The notes under the pieces were generated by a model, which was not told the origin of the DNA, did no database searches, and saw only the letters and a list, made by a program, of their open reading frames with translations. Positions 38,837 through 46,651 of a stretch of DNA of 64,000 bases are shown in pieces (position 1 is the stretch's first letter; every line of letters starts with the position of its first letter). Position numbers and translations under genes: made by a program. Origin of the DNA: an uncultured Acidobacteriota bacterium (GTDB taxonomy: Bacteria > Acidobacteriota > Thermoanaerobaculia > Gp7-AA8); contig CAVUKB010000007.1 of NCBI GenBank assembly GCA_963741955.1, positions 800,001 to 864,000 of the forward strand. The letters are read 5' to 3'.

Positions 38837-39364
38837 ATGGCTGATCCATTCGTTGCAGAGATCAGGATATTTCCGTTCAACTTCGCCCCGAAGGGATGGG
38901 CGTGGTGTAGCGGGCAGCTCTTGCCCATTTCACAAAACACGGCGTTGTTCTCTCTTCTGGGAACGACGTATGGCGGCGACGGAAAATCCACCTTCGCGTT
39001 GCCGGATCTTCAGGGACGGGCGCCCATGCATCCGGGACAAGGTCCCGGCCTGTCGCTGCACGATCTCGGAGAAGAGGGGGGATCGCAGACGGTCTCTCTT
39101 CTCGAATCGGAGATTCCATCGCACTCGCACACGATGCAGGGATCGAGCGACACGGCCGACCAGAATCTCCCTTCCGGAAATATGGCGGCCATACCCCTCG
39201 GCCGCGGCAACAACCTGTACACGGCGACGAACACGCCCCGCGTGGCGATGAACGACAATGCGATTTCGCCCGCCGGTGGGAACCAGCCGCACAACAACAT
39301 GCAGCCGTTTCTGACGTTGTACTTCTGCATCGCGCTGCAGGGTGTCTTTCCGCCGCGGAGCTGA
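38837..39364 (+). CDS. Phage tail collar domain protein 3
   Basis: PFVAEIRIFPFNFAPKGWAWCSGQLLPI...FALPDLQGR, HSH motif and HNNMQPFL; RBS GAGGAGG. Confidence 0.92.
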   Translation: MADPFVAEIRIFPFNFAPKGWAWCSGQLLPISQNTALFSLLGTTYGGDGKSTFALPDLQGRAPMHPGQGPGLSLHDLGEEGGSQTVSLLESEIPSHSHTMQGSSDTADQNLPSGNMAAIPLGRGNNLYTATNTPRVAMNDNAISPAGGNQPHNNMQPFLTLYFCIALQGVFPPRS

Positions 39365-39367
39365 TCG

Positions 39368-40075
39368 ATGGATTCGACGGACTACTTTCATTCGGAGGCC
39401 CCGGCCGGGAGGTCGGGGCCGTGGTTGATCGAAAAGATCACCATTCCGGATCGCGAATACGACGCAGCTGCCGACCCGCGGCCGGACTGCTTCAAGTTCC
39501 GCCCGGGGCGGTACACCGTTCTTCGTCGCGAATCCGAACAGTTCATGACCGATCTCTATGATGAGTGGTGGACGCAACGGCCGGGAATCGCCGAGGCGGT
39601 CGCACGAGGGGGGGACGTCCTGGTCACCGGACTGGGGCTGGGCCTGGTCGCCGAAGCGATGTTGCGCCCGAGTGAAAGTCGCGTGAAGAGCATCACGATC
39701 GTGGAGCTCTCACCGGACGTCATCCGTCTCGTCGGACCTTATCTGCTCTCGCGCCATCCCGGCCGGATCGACCTGGTCGAGGCGAGCGCCTTTGCGTGGG
39801 AGCCGCCTGATCGCGCACATTTCTCCGTCGCCTGGCACGACATCTGGCCGAATCCGTACGCGCCGGAAGTGACCGCGGAGATGCGGCGTCTCCAGGAGCG
39901 ATACGGTGATTGGTGCGACTGGCAGGGATTCTGGCCCCGAACCTATTTCGAAGCCGCGGTCAGTAAGCGCCGTCCGTTCGAGACCGTTGCGTCAGGCCTC
40001 GAGCCGGTACAAGCTTCACAGAAGCATGCAGCGGAATCTGACGTTCCACGACAGCATTTCGACCGAAGGAGTTGA
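39368..40075 (+). CDS. Spermidine-synthase-like class I SAM-dependent methyltransferase
   Basis: VLVTGLGLG, ITIVELSPDVI and WHDIW; starts 3 nt after the third collar gene. Confidence 0.75.
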   Translation: MDSTDYFHSEAPAGRSGPWLIEKITIPDREYDAAADPRPDCFKFRPGRYTVLRRESEQFMTDLYDEWWTQRPGIAEAVARGGDVLVTGLGLGLVAEAMLRPSESRVKSITIVELSPDVIRLVGPYLLSRHPGRIDLVEASAFAWEPPDRAHFSVAWHDIWPNPYAPEVTAEMRRLQERYGDWCDWQGFWPRTYFEAAVSKRRPFETVASGLEPVQASQKHAAESDVPRQHFDRRS

Positions 40076-40113
40076 TCCGGCCCGCCACTGACGCGCCGGA
40101 GGAAGAGCACATC

Positions 40114-40827
40114 ATGTTCGAGATCGATCGCAGACGCTTCGTCATCCTCGGGACCGCCGCCACGGCGGGTCTCGCTCTCCGCTCCAATCTGTTCGCAGAG
40201 AGCTGGCAGAATCCATCGTTCGTTTCAGTCGGATACTGCAGCACCGTCCGACGGGTCCGTACCCGGCGGGCGCCGGGTCCGCGCTTCTTCGAATCCGCCA
40301 CCGGAGTTCCCGGTGGTGATCCGGCATTCTTCCGAGACGGAGCTCGTTTCCGCATCCACGACTTCTGCCGTGCATCCGCGCCCGCTACACCGGAGCGGAT
40401 CGACGTCGACGTTCTTTTCCCGGCCGAAGGTCTCGAGCAGAAAGTCTCGTTTCTCGCGTGGCAGAGTCGCTCGAATGGCGGATCGGAGGGGACAGCGAAT
40501 CCTCTCGCATTCCGGATTCCGGTTCAGTCGACTGGTACGACGGATGTGGTGATGCGCCGCCGGATCGGCGAGATCGACGAGAATGTGACCATACCGTTCA
40601 GCGTCAACGACGGAGCCGCCGCCATCAAACTGAACCACGGTATCTACGCGATTGCACTCCTTCGCGAAGGCGACTCCGCGCCGCGGTGGGGCTCCGTGCA
40701 GGCCGAAGGGGTGAACCCTGCGGAGGACCGGATGTCGATCCGTCTGGTGCGCGATTCTCTCGACGGGCCGGTCCCCGTCACTTTCGACTATCTCCTTCTT
40801 TCCGTATCCTATCCGGAGAATGACTGA
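40114..40827 (+). CDS. Tat-signal hypothetical protein
   Basis: MFEIDRRRFVILGTAATAGLAL twin-arginine signal followed by a beta-rich body. Confidence 0.7.
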   Translation: MFEIDRRRFVILGTAATAGLALRSNLFAESWQNPSFVSVGYCSTVRRVRTRRAPGPRFFESATGVPGGDPAFFRDGARFRIHDFCRASAPATPERIDVDVLFPAEGLEQKVSFLAWQSRSNGGSEGTANPLAFRIPVQSTGTTDVVMRRRIGEIDENVTIPFSVNDGAAAIKLNHGIYAIALLREGDSAPRWGSVQAEGVNPAEDRMSIRLVRDSLDGPVPVTFDYLLLSVSYPEND

Positions 40828-42772
40828 CCGTTTTCCCGCAGACGGATCGCTGAGCCGATCCCTTTCCCCGAGAGTGCGGGCGCTCTTCGGAACGCTCGCG
40901 ATCCTTCTCGCGCTTGCAGCACCTGACGTGGCGGCATCTGCGGATACGGCCTGGATTCCATGGAGCGACGCCGCGATCGCGCACTCCGCGAAGAGCGGAA
41001 CCCGGCCGCTTCTGATTCTCATCGGTGACGGGAGCTGCATCGAATGCTCGCAGCTTCGAGGGATCGAGGTCGGTGAGGGAGAGCTCGGCCGGCTCTGGCT
41101 CGATGCGGACCTTCATCCCGAGCTCGCACGTGCGTATCTGGTCGCGGCGCGAGTTCTCGGGGCGTCCGGCCCCTCCGCGGTCGTCGTCGTGACTCCGGAC
41201 CTCGAACCGGTCGCGGCGACTTCGGACCTCCAGACTCTTCCGGAGTTTGTCTCCTCATTCTTCTCCCGCTGGAAAGCCGGCCCCACGACGGTCTCGGACC
41301 AGGCGGCACTCGCGATCCGACGCTATCGTCTGAACGGCGGAGCCCTTCCGTTTGAGGATCCGATGACCGCGCGCGGAGTGGCCGTCGAGGCGGAGGCCGC
41401 ACTCTGGGGCGAGGGACGCGAGAACGCCCTGACCGAGCTCCGGAGGCTCACCGCTTCCGCGGTGTACGACCAGCTGGGGGGAGGGTTCCACCGTGCCGCC
41501 AGAGATTCCGAGTGGCGCGTCCCGCGATTCGAGAAACGCCTCGCCGATCAGACCCTCCTGATCGAAACGTATCTCGACGCATCACGCATCACCGACGATC
41601 CGCTCTTCTCTCGCGTCGCCCGCGACTCCGCGGCATTCCTCGTGCGGGAAATGTCCGACGTACGGCGACCGCTCTTCTTCAACGCGCTCGGTCCGAAGAG
41701 CCTCGTCCCCCGCGGAGGACCGGAGATGCTCACCGGCGCGTATTACAGCTGGCAGATCTCGGAGATCACGGCGCTTCTGGGTGACGACGCCCGCCCGTTC
41801 ATCGCGTACTACGGAATGGCTCCCGAAGGGAATGTCCCTGCCGCGTACGACCCGGCCGGAGCGCTCGCGGGACGGAACGTTCTCTTCGTGAGCGGAGCGA
41901 CTTCCGAACCTCCGGCGCTCGACGAATCGAAACAGCACCTCCTCGCGGTCCGGATGCATCGGCCGCCTCCGACCGCAGACGGGAAGGCCGTGACCGAATA
42001 CGAGGCCGCGGCGATCTCCGCACTCGCGAGAAGCTCCATCGCGTTCGACAACGACGACTGGGGCCGTGTCGCGGTCGACGCGCTCCACGCCCTGGACGGA
42101 GTGAATCGCGATTCGAAGAGTCACGCCCTCTACCGCGAGCGCGCGGCGGGCGTCCCTGCGCTCCTCGCCGATTACGTCTATCTGGTTCAGGCGAATCTCG
42201 ACGTGTATGCCTTGACGTTCGATCCCTCGTTTCTGCATCGCGCGGTCGAGCTTCAGAAGGAGTGCGATGCTCTTTTTCTGGACCAGAGCTCGAAGGGCTA
42301 CGCCGCCGCGAAAGCGCTCCCGCCGCCGGTTTCCGGCCTCACCTCTCCCGATCCGATCATGCTCGGCGTCCTTGCGCGGGATCTCGGGAGAATCGGTGCA
42401 ATGACTGCGGATGCCGCGATGGTCGGCCGGGCCACCTCGATCTCCGCAGGAACGACTCTGCCTGCGCAACTGATCGTCGCCGGAGATCGCGGCGACGCGG
42501 CGGTGCGTGCGCTTCTCGAGGCGGCCCGGTCGGACATCCGAGGCAATCTCGAGATTCGCCTATTCGACCGGAAATCGGCCCGTGCGCTCGCAGCTCTGTT
42601 TCCATACGCCGGATTCGTCGCGGAATGTCCCGTCGCGTTCCGGATCGAGAAGTCGAACGGACGCCACGAGTGCAGCCCCTTCGCAACCTTGTGCGACATG
42701 GGGAAGTGCCGCACGCCGACGGCGGATCCCGCCATGATCGCCGCGTGGGTGTCGAAAGGAACATCGAAGTGA
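40820..42772 (+). CDS. Exported YyaL/SSP411-like (DUF255 thioredoxin plus alpha-helical barrel) protein, divergent
   Basis: Signal-like N-terminus; WIPWSDAA, CIEC, YDQLGGGFHR, WRVPRFEKRLADQ, GAYYSW, LADY and C-terminal LCDMGKCRTP. Confidence 0.8.
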   Translation: MTDRFPADGSLSRSLSPRVRALFGTLAILLALAAPDVAASADTAWIPWSDAAIAHSAKSGTRPLLILIGDGSCIECSQLRGIEVGEGELGRLWLDADLHPELARAYLVAARVLGASGPSAVVVVTPDLEPVAATSDLQTLPEFVSSFFSRWKAGPTTVSDQAALAIRRYRLNGGALPFEDPMTARGVAVEAEAALWGEGRENALTELRRLTASAVYDQLGGGFHRAARDSEWRVPRFEKRLADQTLLIETYLDASRITDDPLFSRVARDSAAFLVREMSDVRRPLFFNALGPKSLVPRGGPEMLTGAYYSWQISEITALLGDDARPFIAYYGMAPEGNVPAAYDPAGALAGRNVLFVSGATSEPPALDESKQHLLAVRMHRPPPTADGKAVTEYEAAAISALARSSIAFDNDDWGRVAVDALHALDGVNRDSKSHALYRERAAGVPALLADYVYLVQANLDVYALTFDPSFLHRAVELQKECDALFLDQSSKGYAAAKALPPPVSGLTSPDPIMLGVLARDLGRIGAMTADAAMVGRATSISAGTTLPAQLIVAGDRGDAAVRALLEAARSDIRGNLEIRLFDRKSARALAALFPYAGFVAECPVAFRIEKSNGRHECSPFATLCDMGKCRTPTADPAMIAAWVSKGTSK

Positions 42773-43263
42773 GTGTCGGAAACCGCGATGCCGCTCACAC
42801 ACGACTCGGACCGGTGTCGAACGACGACACTCCGTTTCTCTTCGCGCTGTACGCTTCGACTCGCGAAGAGGAGCTGTCGGTCGTGCCGTGGACTCCGGAG
42901 CAGAAGAACGCGTTTCTCCGGATGCAGTTTCAGGCGCAGCAGACGTCATACGACGGGAACTACCCCGGAGCGAGTCGCGATCTCATACTGCTCGGCGAGG
43001 AGCCCATCGGCCGCCTCTACGTTCAGCGAACTCCCGACGAGATCCGGGTCATCGACATCGCGCTCCTACCGGCATGGCGCGGACGGGGGATAGGATCGAG
43101 ATACCTCCGGGATCTCTGCCGCGAGTCGGACGCGACGGGGATCCCTCTCGCCATTCACGTCGAGAAACAGAACCGAGCGTTGCAGCTTTACCAGCGCCTG
43201 GGGTTCGCGATCGCCGACGACCGAGGGGTCTACTGGTTCATGAAGCGGATGCCGGCCTCGTGA
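42769..43263 (+). CDS. GNAT family N-acetyltransferase
   Basis: GTGA overlap with the upstream stop; FLFALYASTREEEL, QFQAQ, IDIALLPAWRGRGIG and NRALQLYQRLGF. Confidence 0.9.
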   Translation: MSVGNRDAAHTRLGPVSNDDTPFLFALYASTREEELSVVPWTPEQKNAFLRMQFQAQQTSYDGNYPGASRDLILLGEEPIGRLYVQRTPDEIRVIDIALLPAWRGRGIGSRYLRDLCRESDATGIPLAIHVEKQNRALQLYQRLGFAIADDRGVYWFMKRMPAS

Positions 43264-43342
43264 AACGCGGGCGCAGACTCCTGGGAAGGAGAGCGACGCG
43301 GAGGTGCTTTGTCCCGGCCGCATGATCGCCCGCTCAGGGCGA

Positions 43343-43642
43343 TCAGTTGAAAACCGCTTCGTAGCGGCTTCCGTCGGGCTCGGGCTGGACCGGAACGATG
43401 AACAGAGGCAGCTCTCCGAGCTTGTCGTGGCGCAATGAGTACGTTCCCTGGGCGAGTATCCGCTCGCGCTCGCCGCGGAAGATCAGGGAGAAGGGTGAGC
43501 GGGTCGATTCGCTCCTTCGAAATTGCGGCTGTTCGATCACCTCGACGAGCGTCAATTCGTAACGGTCCGATGGAACTTCGATGACGAAGTTCGAGCCGAC
43601 GTGCTCTCTGAAGTCGCTGGCCGTCGCCTGATCGAGATCCAC
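43343..43642 (-). CDS. DUF6916-like small protein
   Basis: F..HVGSNF...LTLVEV...RSPFSLIFRG....LAQGTY.L.H..LG...LFIVP......YEAVFN; RBS GAGGAGG. Confidence 0.8.
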   Translation of the reverse strand: MDLDQATASDFREHVGSNFVIEVPSDRYELTLVEVIEQPQFRRSESTRSPFSLIFRGERERILAQGTYSLRHDKLGELPLFIVPVQPEPDGSRYEAVFN

Positions 43643-43737
43643 GTAGCGTCCCCTCCTCGAACCACGTTGTCCATGGTTCGCGATTGATCAACATCCGCGT
43701 GCGGCCCCTCGTTAGAAGTGCGGCTCGCGTGGCGTGC

Positions 43738-44265
43738 TCACTCTCCCGGCAGCGCCTGCGTCTGGGCGCGGCCTCGATTCCTCGGTTGCGGCATCCAGAC
43801 CGACCAGAGCGCGGCGGTCGAATACGCGAGATCGCGCCGGATGCCGGTGACCATCAGCGCCTCGTCCGGACAGAGCTGGACCAATGCCTCGCCGAGTGTT
43901 CTCGTGTCCGTCGGATCGTCCGTCTCGACGATGAACGTCGATTCGAACGGCAGCTCCCACACCCGGCCGAGACGCTCGATCCCTTCGTGAAGCTCGCGGT
44001 AGTCTGCGCCCGGCGTCAGACTGTGGCGGATCAGCAGAAGCTCGCGGTGTCGCGAGTATTGAGCGCGTGCGACGAGAAGCCGCGCATTCCCTCCGATCAG
44101 CATCCGCAGATACCGTGCGATTGCGCCGGCGGATCGTGTCGCCGGCAGCCGGACTTCCCAGCTCTGGTCGAAATTCGGTTCGGCCCGGAGACGTCGCAGC
44201 GCCGCGCAGACCTCGACCGTCAGATCACCTTCGTAGCAGATCTGGAACAGTGCTTCTCCACCCAT
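43738..44265 (-). CDS. Hypothetical protein with two tandem Cas2/VapD-like ferredoxin-fold units
   Basis: The two halves share a pattern: LFQICYE...AALRRL...FDQSWEV...LLV and LLIRHSL...YRELHEGIERLG...FESTFIV...LMV. Confidence 0.55.
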   Translation of the reverse strand: MGGEALFQICYEGDLTVEVCAALRRLRAEPNFDQSWEVRLPATRSAGAIARYLRMLIGGNARLLVARAQYSRHRELLLIRHSLTPGADYRELHEGIERLGRVWELPFESTFIVETDDPTDTRTLGEALVQLCPDEALMVTGIRRDLAYSTAALWSVWMPQPRNRGRAQTQALPGE

Positions 44266-44362
44266 CACACCCTCCCATTCAGATTGTCCGAACGCTGGAG
44301 TCGACGGAAAGTGTAGCAGAGTCGGTAGGATCACTTCAAAGAGGAAGAAATGCGGGCTAGAA

Positions 44363-44582
44363 CCAATGGCCCGAACTTAAGCAAAACCCGCGTGTCAGCC
44401 GGGAGTCTGCGCGAGCTTGCTGAGCAGCGAAGGATCCTCTCTCCGAGGGGCGCCACGGCTCCCGCCGCGGCCGCGCAGATCGCCTTCAGAACGGAACGAG
44501 ACGAAACCTGCGGCAGATGCGCAGTAACTCCGCACATCGGCTCTGTGAACACCCACCGTGCCACTGAAGTTCGGGCCATTGG
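44363..44582. mobile_element. MITE-like element with terminal inverted repeats
   Basis: CCAATGGCCCGAACTT (44363-44378) and its exact reverse complement AAGTTCGGGCCATTGG (44567-44582); intergenic; no transposase. Confidence 0.6.
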
Positions 44583-44661
44583 GACCAGAACCCGTCTCGC
44601 GCGGCTGCTTCGATCGAACACTTCCCGCAGCCTGCACCTCGGATCACATATCATCGCCGGA

Positions 44662-45261
44662 ATGAAACGATACGACCGCGCCTACTTCGACCGCTGGTAC
44701 CGCGATCCGGAAACGAGCGTCATCGACGACGATGCGGTCCGCCGGCGTGCCACGATGGTGCTGGCCGTCGCTGAACATCTCCTCCGCCGCCCGGTGCGCT
44801 CCCTTCTCGACATCGGATGCGGGGAGGGAAACTGGGAACCGCATCTGCGCCGGATCCAGCCGGGAATCCGCTATCTGGGGATCGACTCGAGCCGTTACGC
44901 GATCCGGCGCTTCGGTCGCGAGCGGAACCTGAGACTCGGCTCCTTCGCCGATGCATCGACCCGGATCGGAGCTGCGCGGTTCGACGTCCTCGTCTGCTCG
45001 GACGTCCTTCACTATCTGACCGCCCGCGAGATCGATCGCGGTCTCCCTCCTCTGGTGGATCGAGTCGACGGAATCGCTTATCTGTCGGCCTACACCTCCG
45101 ACGACGACACCAGTGGTGATCTCGAAGGCGGCTATCGACGTCCTGCATCCTGGTACCGGGATCGATTCCGGAGGGTCGGTCTCACCGAGCTCGGTTTGCA
45201 GTGCTGGGCCGGTCCTCTGATGCAGGAGAGCGGAGCCGCGCTCGAATACTCCCCGGAGTGA
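44662..45261 (+). CDS. Class I SAM-dependent methyltransferase
   Basis: YDRAYFDRWY, LLDIGCGEG and FDVLVCSDVLHY. Confidence 0.88.
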   Translation: MKRYDRAYFDRWYRDPETSVIDDDAVRRRATMVLAVAEHLLRRPVRSLLDIGCGEGNWEPHLRRIQPGIRYLGIDSSRYAIRRFGRERNLRLGSFADASTRIGAARFDVLVCSDVLHYLTAREIDRGLPPLVDRVDGIAYLSAYTSDDDTSGDLEGGYRRPASWYRDRFRRVGLTELGLQCWAGPLMQESGAALEYSPE

Positions 45262-45388
45262 GGGGTGCTCTGCCGATCGCCGATCGGAGCCCGTGCGCGA
45301 GTCACCGCGCGCGGTGACGGTTGCCGTGGTCTCGATTCACGTCGCCCGATAAGATCCCTCTTCGAGATTCGAAACGGAGGATTGGCAT

Positions 45389-45814
45389 ATGGGTCAGGTG
45401 ATGACCGCGGAGCAGGTGGAGAACCGGATCGGGCTGGAGATGTTCGCGCGTCTCGGCTGCTATGCGGAGGGGAAAGTCTACGTCGTCCCGATCACGTATG
45501 CGTACGAGAACGGCGTCATCTACAGCATCGGGGGGGAAGGAATGAAGATGCGGATGATGCGAAAGAATCCGGAAGTCTGCCTCGAGATCGAGCATCTGGA
45601 AGGGCCGGAGGATTGGGAGACCGTGATCGCATGGGGTCGATTCGAGGAGCTTACCGGCGACGACGCCCGGCACGGACTCGAGCTCTTCATCAGGCGGGTC
45701 ACTCCTCCCGGCGCGGAAGCGAAGAAAGAACAACCGGCGGGTCCCCCGCCGCTGGTTTACCGGATCATCCTCGGCGAGAAGACGGGACGGTACGAGAGCG
45801 CATCGACAGTCTGA
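45389..45814 (+). CDS. Pyridoxamine 5'-phosphate oxidase-like (NimA-type) flavin-binding protein
   Basis: ARLGC...YVVPITYAY, EGMKMRMMRKNPEVCLE and WETVIAWGRFEEL. Confidence 0.88.
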   Translation: MGQVMTAEQVENRIGLEMFARLGCYAEGKVYVVPITYAYENGVIYSIGGEGMKMRMMRKNPEVCLEIEHLEGPEDWETVIAWGRFEELTGDDARHGLELFIRRVTPPGAEAKKEQPAGPPPLVYRIILGEKTGRYESASTV

Positions 45815-45822
45815 GATCTGAC

Positions 45823-46377
45823 TCACGCCATCAGATGTTCGATCAGGGTATGCACCCCGATCCCGATCAACACGAGGCCGCCGAGGATCTCGATCCCTGA
45901 GCCGAAACGCTCGCCGAACCGGCGGCCTGCCCACGCTCCACCGAGCGACAGAACGAACGTCACAGCTCCGATCACCAGCGCGGAGAGGAACAGCGGGAGG
46001 TGGAGAGTCGGGAGGGTGACTCCGACCGCGAGAGCGTCGATGCTGGTTGCGACGCCGAGGACGAGCAGGGTGTGAATTCCGAGATCGCCTTTCGACAGGG
46101 CGTGCTCGTGTTCGACGGAAAGCGCCTCGTGAATCATCTTGCCCCCGACGACCGCAAGAAGGACGAACGCGACCCAGTGATCCCACGCTTCGGTCCATCG
46201 TGTGAGACCGGCTCCCCCCACCCCTCCGGCGAGCGACATTCCGAACTGAAAGACCCCGAACGTGGAAGCCAACGCGATCAGAATGCCGGGGCGTGCCCTC
46301 CGCAGGGCCATGCTTGCGGAAACGGCAGTCGCATCCATGGCGACGGCAAAAGCGATCAGGAAGAGTGTGGGAAGCAT
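45823..46377 (-). CDS. mntP: Manganese efflux pump MntP family
   Basis: AVAMDATAVS, FGVFQ, DHWVAFVLL, ATSIDALAVG and EILGGLVLIGIG. Confidence 0.9.
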   Translation of the reverse strand: MLPTLFLIAFAVAMDATAVSASMALRRARPGILIALASTFGVFQFGMSLAGGVGGAGLTRWTEAWDHWVAFVLLAVVGGKMIHEALSVEHEHALSKGDLGIHTLLVLGVATSIDALAVGVTLPTLHLPLFLSALVIGAVTFVLSLGGAWAGRRFGERFGSGIEILGGLVLIGIGVHTLIEHLMA

Positions 46378-46398
46378 GGCCGGCGTCGAGGCCGGGTC

Positions 46399-46404
46399 AT
46401 TATA
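46399..46404 (-). promoter_or_regulatory. Putative -10 box (TATAAT) of mntP
   Basis: Perfect TATAAT on the minus strand 21 nt before the ATG; no good -35 element. Confidence 0.4.
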
Positions 46405-46589
46405 GCGAGTCGCGATCGGGCACCGCACCTCGCTTCGGCAGACGGACCATTGACGCCTCTTTCGCGGAGATCGCATCGGTGTACTCCCCGAGTACATCGG
46501 AGGATTCCCTCTCGACGGAGAATCATTTCGGATATCAGATTCGAGAGAGCGTTTCACCCTTGCCGAATTCGCGCGGCACCTGGCTCAGG

Positions 46590-46607
46590 TTGGTCGCTGA
46601 TTTGCTT
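46590..46607 (+). promoter_or_regulatory. Possible sigma54 promoter of the kinase-RR-EAL operon
   Basis: TTGGTCGCTGATTTGCTT has GG-N10-GC spacing and a TTGC -12 element. Confidence 0.4.
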
Positions 46608-46651
46608 ACGAGCAGATCAGTAGTCCTCGTCCGCCGACTCGAAGGAAGCTG

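Noticed and set aside
37755-39364. Prophage, tailocin or contractile injection system suggested by tail-collar genes
   Set aside because: No sheath, tube, baseplate, capsid, terminase, lysis or integrase genes are recognisable anywhere in the window.
46378-46560. yybP-ykoY manganese riboswitch upstream of mntP
   Set aside because: No recognisable motif, and a TATAAT 21 nt from the ATG implies a leader too short to hold one.
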